Shown here piece after piece: positions 21,301-31,197 of a DNA stretch of 64,000 nt (positions are counted from its first letter, which is position 1; each line of letters starts with the position of its first letter). The translations under genes were made by a program, and so were the position numbers. The DNA lies in contig CAXHZO010000012.1 of assembly GCA_964022095.1 (NCBI GenBank), positions 14,424-78,423 on the forward strand. Direction: 5' to 3'. The DNA comes from an uncultured Arcobacteraceae bacterium. Lineage in GTDB: Bacteria > Campylobacterota > Campylobacteria > Campylobacterales > Arcobacteraceae. Below the pieces are notes generated by a model. It was given only the letters and a program-made list of their open reading frames with translations. It had not been told where the DNA came from and did not search any database.

Positions 21301-21732
21301 AACTAAAAACTTTATATCACTTGATGATTCTTGTTTTTCAGGCCCTTGTTTTGTAGTTGATGGTTTAACTAATTGTGTTAAGTTAAAAGTACCATCTTTA
21401 TTTTCTACTACATTTAAATATAGTTTTTCTAATTTTACTTCTTGTACATTTGCATGTAAATCTGTAATAGATCTAAGTAAACCTAAGTCTAAAGTTAATT
21501 TATCAAATGAAGCAGTAGGGTTTTGTAGCCCTAATTTATAGTTGTATATTCTTGCAGTTAAAGAATAAGGATTAAATTCTACTTTTTCTATACTACTTTT
21601 TAGTGTTAGATTTTCATCTAAATTTTTTATTAATTGGTCTTTTAAAACACCAGGTATTACCTTGAATCCAATAGTAGTGTATATTGCTAATATAAAGCAA
21701 AGCCACCAAAATGTTTTTTCTATTTTTCCCAT
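18382..21732 (-). CDS. DUF748/AsmA-like envelope protein with internal ~42-aa repeats
   Basis: N-terminal TM, VEFNPYSL, FTPYTGKFIG...LPLELAIALLEDSNGVIDLNLPVSGNVDDPQF, OmpA-like C-terminal region. Confidence 0.8.
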   Translation of the reverse strand: MGKIEKTFWWLCFILAIYTTIGFKVIPGVLKDQLIKNLDENLTLKSSIEKVEFNPYSLTARIYNYKLGLQNPTASFDKLTLDLGLLRSITDLHANVQEVKLEKLYLNVVENKDGTFNLTQLVKPSTTKQGPEKQESSSDIKFLVSKIFLENSKIDFTKLKNDKSYKITIHDLNYKLRDLGTFEDSLSSNDLELKINEFTKLSVEGAFRLVPFKMYGKTKLEDLRVKEVLDYDMSSFNFALNKEANVNIDLDFNIDTSKQIDIKLNSTNININNLKLSQDGTDIASLKKFDISKFDFDLVKQSIYLDTPTIDSLNLNLIQNKTGLNFANLVKSNTNETKEETTNTKPWIVKLNNTNLKNLNAKYSDTVNNMTVSTQNNNSKLASLDINGSNIDLKNFSLNAPSISFSDNKNALSVKTQNIDTKLSSLKIANSNIDLNQLSLNTPKVSFEDRKNSLSVITNKIGINLDKLNLVDNKTSINSIKLNTNALNFKDKSSIRVNTTSNAINANNINIDGSNISVNSLNTTLSNINFDEIQSKLNIKVNQSKINASNLKINGSKININKIAVNTPNLNLTDKKNAMSVLVKSTNIDLNSLALNGSNIDIKTIKLSRPDINFNDRKNNISLKTNDLQIYVNKLSQKASGLNINAIRVVQPRVNFLNTKDKTNIQASNIDLSVSGIYNSNKLLKVTKTVLNKPTISVILPKSTNTKKEEEPKVVKKETTSNNNTKKIDIGPIDIKNGQLNFEDKNLPIAFKTTVSKLNGKISEFRSEKSSTSKLSVNGIVNKYGTTKITGVVNPNSIKVLTDINMIFKNIAMQNFTPYTGKFIGRELASGRLDLDLKYNIEKSNLEAQNNVLIKQLKLGDEVKSEDAVSLPLELAIALLEDSNGVIDLNLPVSGNVDDPQFSIAPIVFKAFVNLIMKAVTAPFSLLGAVFGYDPNEINSVDFDFGKNDITPIQKETLDKITNILTKKQDLVLELAPSYDKQKDLYALKKANFEKIVNNEIPDKSNKDYEEDYIDLLKDLYEDFDKDADDLKQSYTKNDNLDLKAYKKALEEFIIAKQNITQKDLEIMAKNRVENIKNYLVKDKSIPSKQIKVIKKIDVKTQSSKTSNIDLKISKL

Positions 21733-21841
21733 TTTAAATCTCGTTAAATTTTATTTTATTATCAATTGTAGTATATTAATCTTACTTGTTAATTAAATAA
21801 ATAGGATTAAATGTTATATAAATATACATGTAAGAGGTTTT

Positions 21842-22642
21842 ATGAATAATATAAAAAAACAATTTTTAGGGTTTTACTATACACCATCACTTTTTGAAAA
21901 TATACTAGGTATAAATCAGTTTGAATTTGAAAATATAGATATAGGTAATATAAATATAGATATACAAATACAAAAGAAACTTCCATTAGGTAAAAGAATA
22001 GAGTATTTTTTTGAAGAGTATATAAAGCATAGTAGTAAATATGAATTAAAGTATAAGAATATACAAGTAATAAAAGATAAAAATACATTAGGTGAAATTG
22101 ATTTTATTTTATATGATAAAGCTAATAAGAAGTATATACACACAGAACTTGTATACAAATACTACTTATATGATACTAGTTTTGAAAATGAGATAGATAG
22201 GTATATAGGGCCAAATAGAAATGATACATTAGTCAAGAAACTAAATAAACTAAAAGAAAAACAGTTCCCACTACTTTTTAATGATCAAACTAAACAGTAT
22301 ATAGATATAGACTTTAGCAATATATATCAAAATAACTCTTTTAAGGCAAATATATATCTTCCATACAAAAAAGATGTAAATATAAATATAGTTAATAAAA
22401 AGTGTGTAAAAGGTTTTTATATAAATTTTGAACAGTTTAAGAAAGAAGATGAGTTTAAAAACTATAAATACTATTTACCACATAGATATGATTGGGTTAG
22501 TAGTATAGATAAACAAATACAATACATAGAGTATGAAGAGTCATTAAAGTATATAGAGTATTTCTTAAATCTTAAAAAATCACCATTAGTATGGCTAAAA
22601 GATGATGAGGTATACAAAGAGTTCTTTATTACTTGGTGGTAG
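21842..22642 (+). CDS. DUF1853 family protein
   Basis: LGKRIEYFF, TLGEIDFI, HTELVYKYYL, YIGPNRNDTL. Confidence 0.8.
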   Translation: MNNIKKQFLGFYYTPSLFENILGINQFEFENIDIGNINIDIQIQKKLPLGKRIEYFFEEYIKHSSKYELKYKNIQVIKDKNTLGEIDFILYDKANKKYIHTELVYKYYLYDTSFENEIDRYIGPNRNDTLVKKLNKLKEKQFPLLFNDQTKQYIDIDFSNIYQNNSFKANIYLPYKKDVNINIVNKKCVKGFYINFEQFKKEDEFKNYKYYLPHRYDWVSSIDKQIQYIEYEESLKYIEYFLNLKKSPLVWLKDDEVYKEFFITWW

Positions 22643-22710
22643 ATTAGGTTAAATTAACAATAATTGTTTATTAGATACAATCCATATAGAATAAGAAGGA
22701 TGAATATATT

Positions 22711-23811
22711 ATGACAGTTATAGAATTATTTCAAAAATTATTAAGATTTAAATCTGTTACACCTGATGATGATGGAGCATTTGATTTTATACAGGAGTAT
22801 CTAGGTGATACTTGGGAATGTATCAGTGTTGATATGGAAGGTGTTAAAAATAGATTTTATTATAAAAAATTTAATGACAATCCTCAGCACTTATGTTTTG
22901 CAGGACATATAGATGTAGTACCTCCAGGTGAAGGTTGGGATGTAGATCCATTTGCAGCTGATATTGTTGATGGAGTTATTACTGCACGTGGTACACAAGA
23001 TATGAAAAGTGGAGATGCTGCTTTTTTATATGCTTGTAAGCATGCAGTTAATTTTGATGGGACACTTAGTATTCTTATGACTTCTGATGAAGAAGGTGAA
23101 GGAACATATGGAACTATCAAGATGTTAGAACATCTAAAAGAAATAGATTTTATTCCTCAATATGCAGTAGTAGCAGAACCAACTTGTGAAGAAGTTTTTG
23201 GAGATGCTATTAAAGTAGGGCGAAGAGGTAGTATAAATGGATATATTACTATAAAAGGTAAACAAGGACATGCAGCTTACCCTGAGAAGTGTATAAATCC
23301 AGTACATAACTTCGCTGAGGTTTTACCAAGAATTGCAGGGCATAACTTAGATAATGGAGATGAATATTTTTCACCTAGTAAAATGGTTATGACAGATATT
23401 AGAGGTGGAATGGAAGTTACAAATGTAACTCCACCAAACCTAAAACTAATGTTCAATGTGAGAAATTCAACAAATACTACAAGAGAAAGTGTTGAAGAGT
23501 TTATTCATAAAAACCTAGAAGGTTTAGAATATGACTTTAGAACAACTCAAGGTTCATTTCCTTTTGTTACAAATAAAGAGTCAAAAGTAGTAAAAGCAAT
23601 GGAAAATTCAATCAAAGAAATAACAGGTGTTACTACAAAACATAGTACAGCAGGTGGAACTAGTGATGCTAGATATTTTGGTAGCTTTGGAATAGAAGCT
23701 ATTGAATTTGGTGTTATAAATGATACTATTCATAGTGTTGGTGAAAGAACTACTGTAAAAGAAGTAGAAGACTTAACAGCTGTTTATGTGGATTTGATTG
23801 AGAAGTTTTAA
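22711..23811 (+). CDS. dapE: Succinyl-diaminopimelate desuccinylase
   Basis: FAGHIDVVPPG, RGTQDMKS, TSDEEG, GRRGS, GHAAYP, GGTSDAR. Confidence 0.95.
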   Translation: MTVIELFQKLLRFKSVTPDDDGAFDFIQEYLGDTWECISVDMEGVKNRFYYKKFNDNPQHLCFAGHIDVVPPGEGWDVDPFAADIVDGVITARGTQDMKSGDAAFLYACKHAVNFDGTLSILMTSDEEGEGTYGTIKMLEHLKEIDFIPQYAVVAEPTCEEVFGDAIKVGRRGSINGYITIKGKQGHAAYPEKCINPVHNFAEVLPRIAGHNLDNGDEYFSPSKMVMTDIRGGMEVTNVTPPNLKLMFNVRNSTNTTRESVEEFIHKNLEGLEYDFRTTQGSFPFVTNKESKVVKAMENSIKEITGVTTKHSTAGGTSDARYFGSFGIEAIEFGVINDTIHSVGERTTVKEVEDLTAVYVDLIEKF

Positions 23812-23823
23812 GAGGAATAGAAA

Positions 23824-24222
23824 ATGGAAGATAACTTAACAAGATGTAGACAAAGATTTACAAACTATGAAAAATCATTGAGACATCTTGAAACTACTGT
23901 TGAAAAAGATGTTTTGAACGAGATAGAAAAAGCAGGATTAATACAGTTTTTTGAGGTAACTTTCGAGTTAGCTTGGAAAGTAATGAAAGATTTTCTCACA
24001 GCTGAGGGATATGAAGTAAAAAGTCCAAGAGCTAGTATAAAAACAGCCTTTGAATACGGACTAATAGAAAATGGAACTTTATGGCTTGAAGCTCTTGAAA
24101 AAAGAAATCTTGCATCACACACTTATGATGACCAAATACTTGATGAACTAGAAGAGTTGATAATAAACTCTTACTATCATATCTTAGAAGAGTTCAAAGA
24201 AGCTATAAAGAAAAAGCTATGA
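23824..24222 (+). CDS. HEPN protein (HI0074-like), putative RNase toxin
   Basis: GLIQFFEVTFELAWK; RX4HXY motif RNLASHTY. Confidence 0.85.
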   Translation: MEDNLTRCRQRFTNYEKSLRHLETTVEKDVLNEIEKAGLIQFFEVTFELAWKVMKDFLTAEGYEVKSPRASIKTAFEYGLIENGTLWLEALEKRNLASHTYDDQILDELEELIINSYYHILEEFKEAIKKKL

Positions 24223-24515
24223 TAGGACTTACACAAAAAGAGCTAGAGGTATTAGAAAAAGTATTTAAAAAGTTTAATAAACTAGAAGAAATAATACTTT
24301 TTGGCTCAAGAGCTTTAGGTACACATAAAAAAGCTTCTGATATAGACCTAGCAATAAAAGGTGATGTAGATATAAATACCTTGGCAAAACTAAAATACAC
24401 ACTTGAAGAAGATACTTTACTTCCATACTTCTTTGATATAGTTATATATGATAATCTTGAAAATGAAGAGCTTAGAAAGCATATTGATGAGTTTGGAAAA
24501 GTTATATTTAAATAA
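24219..24515 (+). CDS. Minimal nucleotidyltransferase (MNT), putative antitoxin
   Basis: LFGSRALGTHKKASDIDLA (GSX10DXD); ATGA overlap with the HEPN gene. Confidence 0.88.
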   Translation: MIGLTQKELEVLEKVFKKFNKLEEIILFGSRALGTHKKASDIDLAIKGDVDINTLAKLKYTLEEDTLLPYFFDIVIYDNLENEELRKHIDEFGKVIFK

Positions 24516-24543
24516 AATGATAAGTATTTAAAGGTAGTCTATA

Positions 24544-27500
24544 ATGAATAATTATATCGTTCAAAATATGACAAGATATTTGAATATAGAACATTTTTCT
24601 CAAATATTTAATAATGACTATGTATCTTATTTTGATGAAAGAATAACTAAACCAGATTTTAAAGAATTATATAATTCTAAATATTTAATGCTTGTTGCTG
24701 AACCAGGTTATGGAAAAACAAGACTTTTTAAAGAACTTGTTTTAAGAGCAAATGAAAATGACCTAAAAGTATTTTTCATTGATGCAAAACAAATTAAAAA
24801 TTCAATAAAAGAAAATATAGAAAAATGCAAAGTTATTGAATCTAATATTTCTGAAGAAAAATTACAAAAAAAGATTTATTTTTGCAATAAAGAAGATTAT
24901 ATATTAGATGATAAAACTATTATTTGTTTAGATGCTCTTGATGAATTACCTTTTTCAAACCTTTATAGTTTTTTTGAGCAAGTTGAAGAGTTTATAATTG
25001 ATAATCCAAATATAAAAGTATTTTTATCTTGTAGAACCCATCATTTAAATAAGATAGAATATGATTTATCCAACATTTCATTTGAATATTTAACTTTAGA
25101 CAAATTTTATGGAAAACAAGTTTTTAATTATCTAAAAAATAAAAATATTGATGATGAAACAATTGAAAAAATAAAAGAAAAAACAAAATTAGGAAATCTA
25201 TTTGATTTTTTATTAATTCCAAGATTTTTATACTATTTTAGTGAATTAATTCAAAATAAAAACATTGAAGAGATAATAAACTTATCAAGAAGTGAAATTT
25301 TTGAAGATTTTATATATAGAAAAATTGATAAAGAAAGAGATAAAAAGTATCCAGAATCTGAAAATCATACTATAAAAAGAGTTTTAGAAGAATTAGCATT
25401 AGTAATGAAGATTTTTCAAGTTTCTCAAATCAGTAAAGATGATTTTTTTACAATCTTTAAAGAGCTTAATCTAGGAAATATTTTTACAGGAAAAGGACTA
25501 ATAGAGAAACTATGTGATAAAAGTCTTCTAAAAGATAATATAGACTATTTAGAATTTGAAAACCAAGAGTTTTTAGATTATTTGGCTTCAAAAGAATTGA
25601 GACGTTATGAAAAAGTTGAACAAGTTTTTTTTGATATTGCACTAGAACCATACCTGAAAGAAATATATACACCTTGGTTTTATGTAATGCCTTTTGTATT
25701 AGAACAAAATCTAAATATGGTAAGCATCCTTTTGGATTTTTTAGAGAAAAACTCTAATAAAATTTTACAAGAAGAATATTTTAAAATATTAATAAGTGTT
25801 GATAGTAAATTCTTAGACGTAAAGACTAGATTAAAAATATTTGATTTAGTTTTTAATTACAACATTGAACATAATCAGTGGATGTACCCTTATTTAGATA
25901 ATTTAATCTATTTTTATGATGAGAAAGAACACTATCAAAAAATAATAGATTCAATAAATGGTGATGTTGAAACTAATAATATAAAAATCCGAAATTCAAT
26001 AGATATAATTGAGAGTTTGTGTAAAAAAGAGCTTATTAAAGCTGAACAAATAGAGTTTTGGAAAGAAAAGTTTTTAGAATGGCTAAGGCTTGATGTAAAA
26101 AAATTTAGGAATTTACATCAAGCGATAGTTTCAAGTTGTCCAGCAATTATGAAAAATGATTTTGATTGGATAAAAAAGATATATTTTATATTTGAAACAG
26201 GTATAAATGTACAATATGAATACGCAAGAACTTGTTATAAAATTGCTCCAAATGATAATTTAAGTATAGATATATATTTTAATTGTGAAAAACAATTTAA
26301 AAAAAATAAGATAGATAATATTGGAAGAATTGATGGTAATGTAAAATATATTTCAAAAGTGGATAGTTTAGATGGAATAAGGTATATTTTAGAAAAATTG
26401 ACTTCATCAAATTGGAAAGAATATTTAAGTTATATTTTTAGTACAAGTTATAGAAGTAAATTTCAAGATGATTTAGAGCAATTGATTTTAAACATTAGAA
26501 GTAATCTAAATGATGAAATTATTGAATTATTAAAAATTTTATTGATAAAAATTGTGAAATTAAAAATTAAATATGAAGAATATAGTAAATATTTACTTCA
26601 ACAAATATTTAAAATTTTAATTGAGAAAGAAATAAATTTCTTAAGTTTATTTATTGATGAACTTTATAAATTATATGAAAACAAAGAATTATATTATTTT
26701 GATTTTGAATATATTATTGAGACAGAATTATCAAAATATTTTAATAATAAAAATTTTGATGAAATATACAAAAAATTAATAACTTTTAAATTTGAAAAAA
26801 GAAATATTGATGATTTACTTATTTACTCACTTTTTTTTAATGAAAGAGTTAATAAAAAAGTAAAAAATAAAATTGAAAAAATTTATAAAAAAGAATTAAA
26901 AGTAATTGAAAAAGATAGAGAAAAGTTAAAAAATAAAAATGCACGAGATTTAAAAAATAAACAATTAGGTTTATTTAGACAGTGGGAACATAAATTAGAA
27001 CCAGAAGTAGGAAAATTTGTTAAAGATTTATTTGAATTTTACATAAAGAATAAAGAAGCTTTAGAAAAATATGAGAAGTTTGAAGAGAATAGAACTAAAA
27101 CTATTTTATGGGCTAAAAAAGTTATAAAGAATAATAATCCGTTAAATGGTAAAGTTGAAAAAAGTGGAAATAGCTCAACTGTTTTTGGAATACTTTTTTA
27201 TAAAGATGCCATAGAACTTTTATCTAAAGAAAATATTGAATTCACTACTGATGAACAAAATTTGATAGACAATGTATTTAGGTACTTACCTTTTGATATA
27301 AATCGTGAATATGAAAGTACATTAAAACTTGCAAAAAAACCTTCACCACAAGCTATACAAGATATATTAGATGTTTATGCTGGAGAAAAAAGGAAAGATA
27401 ACTTAGATATATATCATCCTCAAAATTTTTTAGAAATTTATAAACAAACTAATATAAAGGAAGCAGAACCTATACTTTTAAAAATGCTTGAGAATTCTGA

Positions 27501-28638
27501 AATAGATGAATATATTCGTAAAGAAATTATTCAGGTCCTACCTAAAGAAATATTAACTCAAGATATTATAGTTAAGTATATAAAACAAAATGGTGAATCA
27601 GATATTTTATATGAAAAATTATTGATAAATTTAATTAAAAAATTTAATGATAAAGAATCAATCAGAAAAACATTTGAAATAGTTACTAAAAAAGGTAAAG
27701 AAACTAATATACCTGAATACCAAACTAATCTATTTGGAAGTGCATTAGACTTAGAATATGGATATTCAAATGAATTAGCACTAGAACTCACTCAAATAAA
27801 TTATGATATTGAAGAAGATAAAAAGTTACTAGAAATAGCTTTAGACTTAAGGAATAAAGGTAAACATGTTAATGGATATTTTTTTGAAGAGATTGTATTT
27901 AGACATATAAAATATTTAAATCATAAAAAAACATTTGAACCTTTAATTGAAATTGAAAAGTTCCTTCAAGAAAAAAGTTCTCATAAAAACTTATATTCTT
28001 TTGAATATAGGTTCAAAGAATTAAAACAAATATATTTAGATAATTTATCAAAACCGAAACATATAATGGAAGCAATTAAAGCATATAAAAAATCAAAAAA
28101 GAGTGAATATATTACGGTTAATTCTTCTTTACATTTATTAGAGATTGTAAAAGATAGTATTTCAAATGAAATTAGAAATTGGATTGAAGTTGAAGGTGCT
28201 TATAAACATATTGGAGAATTATCAAAAAAAGATACAAATACAAATGCTGAAGATTTTATACAAAAAACAATAAAAACTCAAATTGAACTAGGTTTAGTAA
28301 AAAAAGGTTTAAGACATACAGATATTAAAATTAAAAGGGAAGAACAAACTTTAGATGATAAAAGAGCAGATTTTACAATAAATTATGGTTTTATTGGTCA
28401 AGTATTATTAGAATTAAAATTATCACATAATTCAGAATCAAAACCAACACGAAAAGATGGAAAAGATTATAAAGAAAAATTAATTAAGTATATAGGTGCT
28501 ACAAATTCTGATTATGGGTTATTTATAATTTTTAACACTAAAGAAAATAAAATAGTTTTTGAAAGACAAATAAAAGCTTTAGTAAAATTTTATGAAGATA
28601 ATGAAAATATATTTGTATTAGGAATTAATTGCTTATAA
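24544..28638 (+). CDS. NACHT/STAND NTPase with long helical region and C-terminal PD-(D/E)xK nuclease-like domain
   Basis: Walker A AEPGYGKT, Walker B ICLDALDE, FLSCR, LIPRFL, FENQEFLDYLAS; C-terminal REEQTLDDKRADF...VLLELKLS. Confidence 0.75.
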   Translation: MNNYIVQNMTRYLNIEHFSQIFNNDYVSYFDERITKPDFKELYNSKYLMLVAEPGYGKTRLFKELVLRANENDLKVFFIDAKQIKNSIKENIEKCKVIESNISEEKLQKKIYFCNKEDYILDDKTIICLDALDELPFSNLYSFFEQVEEFIIDNPNIKVFLSCRTHHLNKIEYDLSNISFEYLTLDKFYGKQVFNYLKNKNIDDETIEKIKEKTKLGNLFDFLLIPRFLYYFSELIQNKNIEEIINLSRSEIFEDFIYRKIDKERDKKYPESENHTIKRVLEELALVMKIFQVSQISKDDFFTIFKELNLGNIFTGKGLIEKLCDKSLLKDNIDYLEFENQEFLDYLASKELRRYEKVEQVFFDIALEPYLKEIYTPWFYVMPFVLEQNLNMVSILLDFLEKNSNKILQEEYFKILISVDSKFLDVKTRLKIFDLVFNYNIEHNQWMYPYLDNLIYFYDEKEHYQKIIDSINGDVETNNIKIRNSIDIIESLCKKELIKAEQIEFWKEKFLEWLRLDVKKFRNLHQAIVSSCPAIMKNDFDWIKKIYFIFETGINVQYEYARTCYKIAPNDNLSIDIYFNCEKQFKKNKIDNIGRIDGNVKYISKVDSLDGIRYILEKLTSSNWKEYLSYIFSTSYRSKFQDDLEQLILNIRSNLNDEIIELLKILLIKIVKLKIKYEEYSKYLLQQIFKILIEKEINFLSLFIDELYKLYENKELYYFDFEYIIETELSKYFNNKNFDEIYKKLITFKFEKRNIDDLLIYSLFFNERVNKKVKNKIEKIYKKELKVIEKDREKLKNKNARDLKNKQLGLFRQWEHKLEPEVGKFVKDLFEFYIKNKEALEKYEKFEENRTKTILWAKKVIKNNNPLNGKVEKSGNSSTVFGILFYKDAIELLSKENIEFTTDEQNLIDNVFRYLPFDINREYESTLKLAKKPSPQAIQDILDVYAGEKRKDNLDIYHPQNFLEIYKQTNIKEAEPILLKMLENSEIDEYIRKEIIQVLPKEILTQDIIVKYIKQNGESDILYEKLLINLIKKFNDKESIRKTFEIVTKKGKETNIPEYQTNLFGSALDLEYGYSNELALELTQINYDIEEDKKLLEIALDLRNKGKHVNGYFFEEIVFRHIKYLNHKKTFEPLIEIEKFLQEKSSHKNLYSFEYRFKELKQIYLDNLSKPKHIMEAIKAYKKSKKSEYITVNSSLHLLEIVKDSISNEIRNWIEVEGAYKHIGELSKKDTNTNAEDFIQKTIKTQIELGLVKKGLRHTDIKIKREEQTLDDKRADFTINYGFIGQVLLELKLSHNSESKPTRKDGKDYKEKLIKYIGATNSDYGLFIIFNTKENKIVFERQIKALVKFYEDNENIFVLGINCL

Positions 28639-28771
28639 TGATAATTTTACTTTACATTTTCCCAAAAAATTCTATAAAAGATAAGTAGCTTTATCATACT
28701 AGACGCTTAATATCAAACTAACATAATATAAGTTAGTATTTTTATTATTTAATCATCAAAAAGGAAATACT

Positions 28772-29182
28772 ATGAAGTCATTAAGTCCAAATCTAGCCGT
28801 AAAAGATATAAAACAAACTGTAGCATACTATCAAGATAATTTTGGTTTTGAAATTGAGATGCTTGTTGATTCCTTACAAGAAGATTTTAGTCCACAAATT
28901 AAAAAAGAAAAAGATTATATTTGGGCACTTATAAAAAATGGTGACGTTTCTGTAATGCTACAAGAAGAAAATAGTATAAAAGAAGATATTGGTGAATTTT
29001 ATAAAGATATTGGAGCTTCAATTAGTTTATATATTGAAGTAGATGATGCAGACTTCTTATACGAAAAAGTAAAAGAAAATGTTGAAGTATTGAAGCCTAT
29101 TTATACAACATGGTATGGACAAAAAGAATTCTATATAAAAGATATAAATGGGTATATTTTAGCTTTTAGTTCAAAAGTTTAA
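28772..29182 (+). CDS. VOC/glyoxalase family protein
   Basis: LSPNLAVKDI, SLYIEVDD, WYGQKEFYIKDINGYILAF. Confidence 0.85.
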   Translation: MKSLSPNLAVKDIKQTVAYYQDNFGFEIEMLVDSLQEDFSPQIKKEKDYIWALIKNGDVSVMLQEENSIKEDIGEFYKDIGASISLYIEVDDADFLYEKVKENVEVLKPIYTTWYGQKEFYIKDINGYILAFSSKV

Positions 29183-29213
29183 ATGAGAATTGATAAGATA
29201 AACATGTTAAAAA

Positions 29214-29684
29214 ATGCAAATAATAGAATATGATAAAAAATACCAAAAAGTGATACCTGAACTTTTTACTAATACTATACATAAAACATGCAACAAAGAT
29301 TATTCAAAAGAGCAATTAAATGTTTGGGCTAATATTCATATTGATTATAAAGCTTGGCATAATAGATTAAATAAAACAAAACCATATTTAGCAATAATTG
29401 ATGAGAAACTTGTAGGTTTTGTAGAGTTTTATGATGATTACATTGATTGTTTTTATGTACACAATGAATATCAAGGAAAAGGTGTAGGAAAAATGCTTAT
29501 GAATCATATTTTTAAACTAGCTAAACAGAAAGAACAATCTCTTTTAAGAGTAGATGTAAGTATTACTGCAAAAGCATTTTTTGAAAAGTTTGGTTTTACT
29601 GAAGTTAAAAAAAACATACTAAAAAGACAGAATATTCAGCTGATTAATTATAGTATGGAAAATAAAATAAATAATATAAATTAG
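29214..29684 (+). CDS. GNAT acetyltransferase (YafP-like)
   Basis: IDCFYVHNEYQGKGVGK, AKAFFEKFGF. Confidence 0.85.
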   Translation: MQIIEYDKKYQKVIPELFTNTIHKTCNKDYSKEQLNVWANIHIDYKAWHNRLNKTKPYLAIIDEKLVGFVEFYDDYIDCFYVHNEYQGKGVGKMLMNHIFKLAKQKEQSLLRVDVSITAKAFFEKFGFTEVKKNILKRQNIQLINYSMENKINNIN

Positions 29685-29692
29685 GGTTTAGT

Positions 29693-30508
29693 ATGCAATT
29701 AAAAATATATCAAATTGATGCGTTTACAGACAAAATATTCAAAGGTAATTCTGCCGCAGTAGTTATTTTAGATGATTGGTTAGGAGAAAATATTATGCAA
29801 TCAATCGCTATTGAAAATAATTTATCTGAAACTGCATTTGCAAAAAGAGTTAATAATGATACTTATGAGATAAGATGGTTTTCTCCTATAACTGAAATTG
29901 ATTTTTGTGGTCATGCAACATTGGCTACGGCATTTGTTTTATTTGAACAAAATAATACATTAAAAGAAGTTACTTTTTTAGCAAAAGCTGTTGGAAGTTT
30001 AAAAGTTAGCCAATTAGATAATGAATATATTGAAATGGTATTTCCAAATAGAAAACCGCAAAAAGTCGATTTTATTCCAGAAGAGTTAAAAAGAGGTCTT
30101 TCTATTGAACCAAAAGATGTTTTGATAAATCAGCAAGCATATTTTGTAGTTTATGAAAATGAAGAAGATGTATATAATGTACAAGTAAATCTAGACGAAA
30201 TAAAAAAATTAGGCCCTTTAGATGTTACAGTTACTGCAAAATCTAAAGAATATGATTTTATTTCAAGATACTTTTGGCCTGCAAATGGTGGCATTGAAGA
30301 TCCAGTTACAGGCTCAATGCATACAGGAGCAGCTCCCTTGTGGGCAGAAAGACTGAATAAGTATGAATTAAAAGCTTATCAGGCATCACAGCGGGGTGGT
30401 TTCTTAATATGTAAAGTAGAAAATGAAAAAGTAATTATTTTAGGTAAAGCTGTTAAATATTTAGAAGGTTATATAAATATAGAAGAAAATAAAAAGGCTA
30501 TGTTGTGA
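29693..30508 (+). CDS. PhzF-family isomerase/epimerase
   Basis: QIDAFT..FKGNSAAV, NLSETAF, EIDFCGHATLA, EDPVTGS. Confidence 0.92.
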   Translation: MQLKIYQIDAFTDKIFKGNSAAVVILDDWLGENIMQSIAIENNLSETAFAKRVNNDTYEIRWFSPITEIDFCGHATLATAFVLFEQNNTLKEVTFLAKAVGSLKVSQLDNEYIEMVFPNRKPQKVDFIPEELKRGLSIEPKDVLINQQAYFVVYENEEDVYNVQVNLDEIKKLGPLDVTVTAKSKEYDFISRYFWPANGGIEDPVTGSMHTGAAPLWAERLNKYELKAYQASQRGGFLICKVENEKVIILGKAVKYLEGYINIEENKKAML

Positions 30509-31197
30509 AAACTATTGGATTACTTGGTGGTATGAGTTGGGAAAGTACGGCTTTATATTATAAACTGATAAATGAAGAAGTGAAAAATCAACTCGGAAGT
30601 TTACACAGCGCTAAAATAGTTTTATATAGTGTTGATTTTGATGAGATAGAAAAACTTCAACATAAAGGTGACTGGGATAAAACAGCTGAAATTTTATTCA
30701 ACGCTTCTAAAAATATTGAAGATGCAAGTGCAGATTTTATAGTTTTATGTACTAATACCATGCACAAAGTATTACCTCAAATTGAAGATAAAATAGGTAT
30801 TCCTTTTTTACATATTGCAGATGCTACTGGAAATGTTTTAAGTGAATGTAATATTAAAAAAGTAGGCTTATTAGGAACTGCTTTTACGATGCAACAAGAT
30901 TTTTATAAAAATCGTATAATAGAAAACTTTGGTATTAATGTAATAGTACCAAATGAACAAGAAATGAATATAGTTCATAAAATTATATATGATGAGTTAT
31001 GTTTAGGAATAGTAAAAGAAGAATCAAAAAAACTGTACTTGAAAATAATTGATAACCTTATTTTAAATGGAGCAGAAGGTATTATCTTAGGATGTACTGA
31101 AATTGGAATGTTAGTTAAACAAGAAGATACAGATGCAAAATTATTTGATACAACATATATTCATTCAATTCAAGCTGTTAAGGAGGCTTTAAAATGA
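30505..31197 (+). CDS. Aspartate/glutamate racemase family amino-acid racemase (YgeA-like)
   Basis: IGLLGGMSWEST, LCTNTMH, ILGCTEI. Confidence 0.9.
   Translation: MKTIGLLGGMSWESTALYYKLINEEVKNQLGSLHSAKIVLYSVDFDEIEKLQHKGDWDKTAEILFNASKNIEDASADFIVLCTNTMHKVLPQIEDKIGIPFLHIADATGNVLSECNIKKVGLLGTAFTMQQDFYKNRIIENFGINVIVPNEQEMNIVHKIIYDELCLGIVKEESKKLYLKIIDNLILNGAEGIILGCTEIGMLVKQEDTDAKLFDTTYIHSIQAVKEALK

Noticed and set aside
18716-21541. Series of plus-strand ORFs within the DUF748 gene
   Set aside because: Antisense F/L/I/S-rich shadows with no motifs. The same applies to the other short antisense ORFs in the track (e.g. 5449, 11945, 15888, 22884, 27558, 51593, 57235, 63099).
21842-22642. ATAGAT/ATATA-rich look of the DUF1853 gene as a repeat array
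   Set aside because: No regular period; explained by Ile/Tyr/Asp/Asn codon bias.
23800-28770. att sites or TSD around the HEPN-MNT-NACHT block
   Set aside because: No flanking direct repeat, integrase or tRNA seen, so it is not called a mobile element.
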